Part shown: one piece after another, positions 61,250 to 64,000 of the stretch
Layout: the number at the start of each line of letters is the position of its first letter
Position numbering within the stretch: position 1 is the stretch's first letter
NCBI RefSeq assembly: GCF_030684315.1
Contig: NC_081387.1
Coordinates: 20,208,678-20,272,677 of the forward strand
Origin: Stegostoma tigrinum
Taxonomy: Eukaryota
Direction of reading: 5' to 3'
Length of the DNA stretch: 64,000 nucleotides
Program-made: the position numbers and the translations under genes
Notes under the pieces: generated by a model
Database searches by the model: none
The model's input: only the letters and a program-made list of their open reading frames with translations
Told to the model about the DNA's origin: nothing

Positions 61250-63600
61250 TACATTACAGGAGAGGCCCTTCGGTGCATCAAGTCTGTACTAGCAAAAGCA
61301 TGCTGCTACGTGCACTAGTCCCACTTTCCTGCCTCAAATGCTCTCCCAAACAATGCAGTCTAGACCTCCACCATGAAAGGGATGAAAAGGCTTTTCTCAA
61401 ATACGTTTAAACCTCTTACCTTTCACTTTAAAATTATGTCTCTCGTTACCGGCCCTTCAACTAATGTTAACTGCTGCTTTCTATTTACACTGTCCATGCC
61501 CCTCTTAATCTTCCCCCCTCTACTATAACCCGAAAGAGGACTTTAACCTTTGCAACATTTACCTTTTACTTCATTTGACTTCACTATGGTCTAATTTAAC
61601 TGAAGTGACATTTAACTGTAACACCAAATTTAACTGTATGAGTTTGGCTTTAACCATACACCACACTGATTTGAGTGAAGGGGCCAACCTTTGCTCTTGG
61701 CCTAGATTTTAACTTCAGGGCACATATTTTGTGAATGTGGGTTTTGAGTGCTCAAATCTTGATATATCCTTTCTACTATTAACTTTATCCCAAAACATGA
61801 TCACTCTTCCAGAAACTTCTCTGCTACTGGGTCAATAAGTTGACCAAAACCTGAACACAATGTTCAATGATAGCCCATGACACTAACTGATAAACAACTC
61901 CCATCTGTTTATACCAAGATGCAAACAGCCACGGTGCTCTATATAAGGTAATAGTCATGTTGGTCTGTTTCTCACACAGCTATGACACATCCCTCATTTG
62001 TTCAACACAGGAAACAGGTCACAGCTTACAGGACAGGTCACAACATGTTTTGGCTGCAGTTTTAAACTAGGTCAGAGCTTAAAATAGCTTGATCACAGTA
62101 TCCATCATGCTTGACTGTAGCTCTTGCAGTCTCGTAGCCATTTCTGTTGTTGGCCCTCTGACCATACAACTTTCTTTGTTCCAAAGAAAATGACCTCAGC
62201 TTCCCTCCAGCCTCTCTTCATAGATGTACTGCTTCCACTGCAATGACTTCCTGTAGAGCGCTAACCAGAATTGCACATAAATACTCCAGCTTTTCCATAA
62301 CCGAAGTTCTCTATATTTCCAATTTGACATGCATACTTTTTAATTGTACACAATCCACCCACCTTTATGAACACATGCACGAGTATCCAAGTTCGCTCTG
62401 TTACTCTGAGCCTGCAGTGGCTGGGTCAGCAGTGTTTGTGCAGGGCCTTACTGCTGATGGCAGAAAAGGCGGATTCTGCTGCATCTACATTTGTATTTTC
62501 AGCTCAGTAACTTTTTTTTTTGCTTTGATTGTCCTGTGGCTTCCTCCCAATGCCCTCCTGAGGGACACTAGTGCGCCGAGCATCTCCATCCCTGCTCCAT
62601 CTCGGCTGGTGGCAGTTGAGCCAGGACCGCATTGGTCAACCAACGGCCAGGAGCCAATGTCCAGCCTTGGAAGATACGCGGATCACACGCAATGTGACTG
62701 TCTCCAGTTCAGAGGCTGCAGACACTGAACTGACAGTGATGGTTTTGGGGGGAAAGCAGCACATTGCAAGTACCCTGGGGATGATGTCAGATGGCGGCAA
62801 CTGGAGAAGCATAAAAAGTGAGTCTTCAGAGAGAGAGAGAGAGAGAGAGAGAGATGAACTTTAAAGCTGTTTCAGTTTTAGTAATATTAACTTATTCAGT
62901 GTTTTACCATTTATATATTTTATTTGGCAATTTATTCTGGAATCCAAGATGGCACCAGAACATGGTGACATTATTCATTTTTCCCTGTGCCTAGACTCAA
63001 GTGACAATATTAAATAAATCTTAAGCCCAACCAGTATCAAGCCACTTATTGAATTCTCCCTTGTTTTGTTTCTTCTTCCAAAGTGCACCAGCTCACATAT
63101 ATCAGGGTTAAATCCCATTTGCCACTGATCTCACCAATCGTTTTACATTCTCCTGTAACCTAACAACTTCCTCTTCACTGTCAACCACCTAACCAATCTT
63201 TGTGTCATTGAAAACATATTTATCATGCCCTCTGTATTCTCATCTACTTCATTTATGAATATTGCAAACAATACAATACCTAGCACTGATCCCTGTGATA
63301 CACTGTAGTGCAGAGATGTCCAACCACCTAAGCAGCTCCCTACCAGCTTGTACAGTCTTCTGTCACTAGACCAATTTTGGATCTAACTTGCCAGGTTACC
63401 TGCATTCCATGATCTTGTAGCTTCCTTATCAATTTTCCATATGAGATCTTGTCAAGGGCCTTGCCAAAATCCATGTAAATGACGTTAACTGCCTTAACAT
63501 CATCCAAACACTTATTCACCCCGTTGAAGAATACCACCAGATTTTTCAGGTATGATCTCCCTCTAAGAAAACCATCTTGATTGTACTGGATCTCACCTTA
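61250..63600 (-). mobile_element. Decayed CR1 LINE interrupted by two inserts (~61510-62170 LTR-like; ~62400-63025 L2-tail-like)
   Basis: CR1 3' tail at ~61250; colinear resumption at ~62170 and ~63030; VNVIYMDFGKALDKISYG (63340-63537). Confidence 0.6.
62828..62854. repeat. (AG)n microsatellite
   Basis: ~13 AG units. Confidence 0.9.
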
Positions 63601-64000
63601 CCACCTTCCTGGAGTCTTCATTTGGAGGCAACTTTCTGCATTCTTATATTCGATATTTGGTGTGCTTGCCTTGCCTATTTGCTTGTTCAAAAATTCCATT
63701 CCAAAATAACATCAAACTTGTTTTAAGTCTGAACAAATCTCCTAATTTTTATGTGACCATAAGCATTGGAAATAGGAGTTGGGTCCTCAGCCCATAAAAC
63801 CTGTTCCTCCATTCAATAAGACAATGGATGACCTGATTTCTCCACGTGAATACGTACCAACAAATAACCTTTCATGGCATTATTATCTATAATCAAATTA
63901 ACTTAACTATGAGAATAGTAATCCATAAACTTAACTAAAGTTCTGAGCACCCAGGTTCAAATTTTGTGGCATCAGACGATGGAATTTGCATTCAATAAAG

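Overview
AT-rich, repeat-dense vertebrate genomic DNA. The repeat content (CR1/HER1-type LINEs, HE1/V-SINE-type tRNA-derived SINEs, young Penelope/Neptune retroelements) points to a cartilaginous fish (shark); this is inference. One convincing spliced gene lies on the + strand (exons 30360-30420, 34147-34470, 34789-34923, 35889-35907, 35994-36028, 3' end unresolved). It encodes a type I membrane protein with a germline-joined VJ-type Ig domain closely resembling NKp30/NCR3, but with an uncharged TM and a cytoplasmic YxxL/LL + CxC motif reminiscent of the CD4/CD8 Lck clasp. Upstream (about 1.5-18 kb) are exon-like remnants of a second, probably pseudogenised Ig-like receptor: a clean TM exon and damaged ITIM-like motifs. 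Most of the rest is transposon-derived. Notable items are Penelope elements with fold-back structure, TSDs and minimal hammerhead-ribozyme motifs; short palindromic PLE derivatives centred on those hammerheads; an ERV-like LTR with a decayed adjacent ORF; a ~495-bp local inverted duplication; and a ~230-bp templated insertion. Most short ORFs in the supplied track are TE fragments or chance ORFs. Coordinates of old repeats are approximate, and all family assignments are from recognition by eye, not database search.
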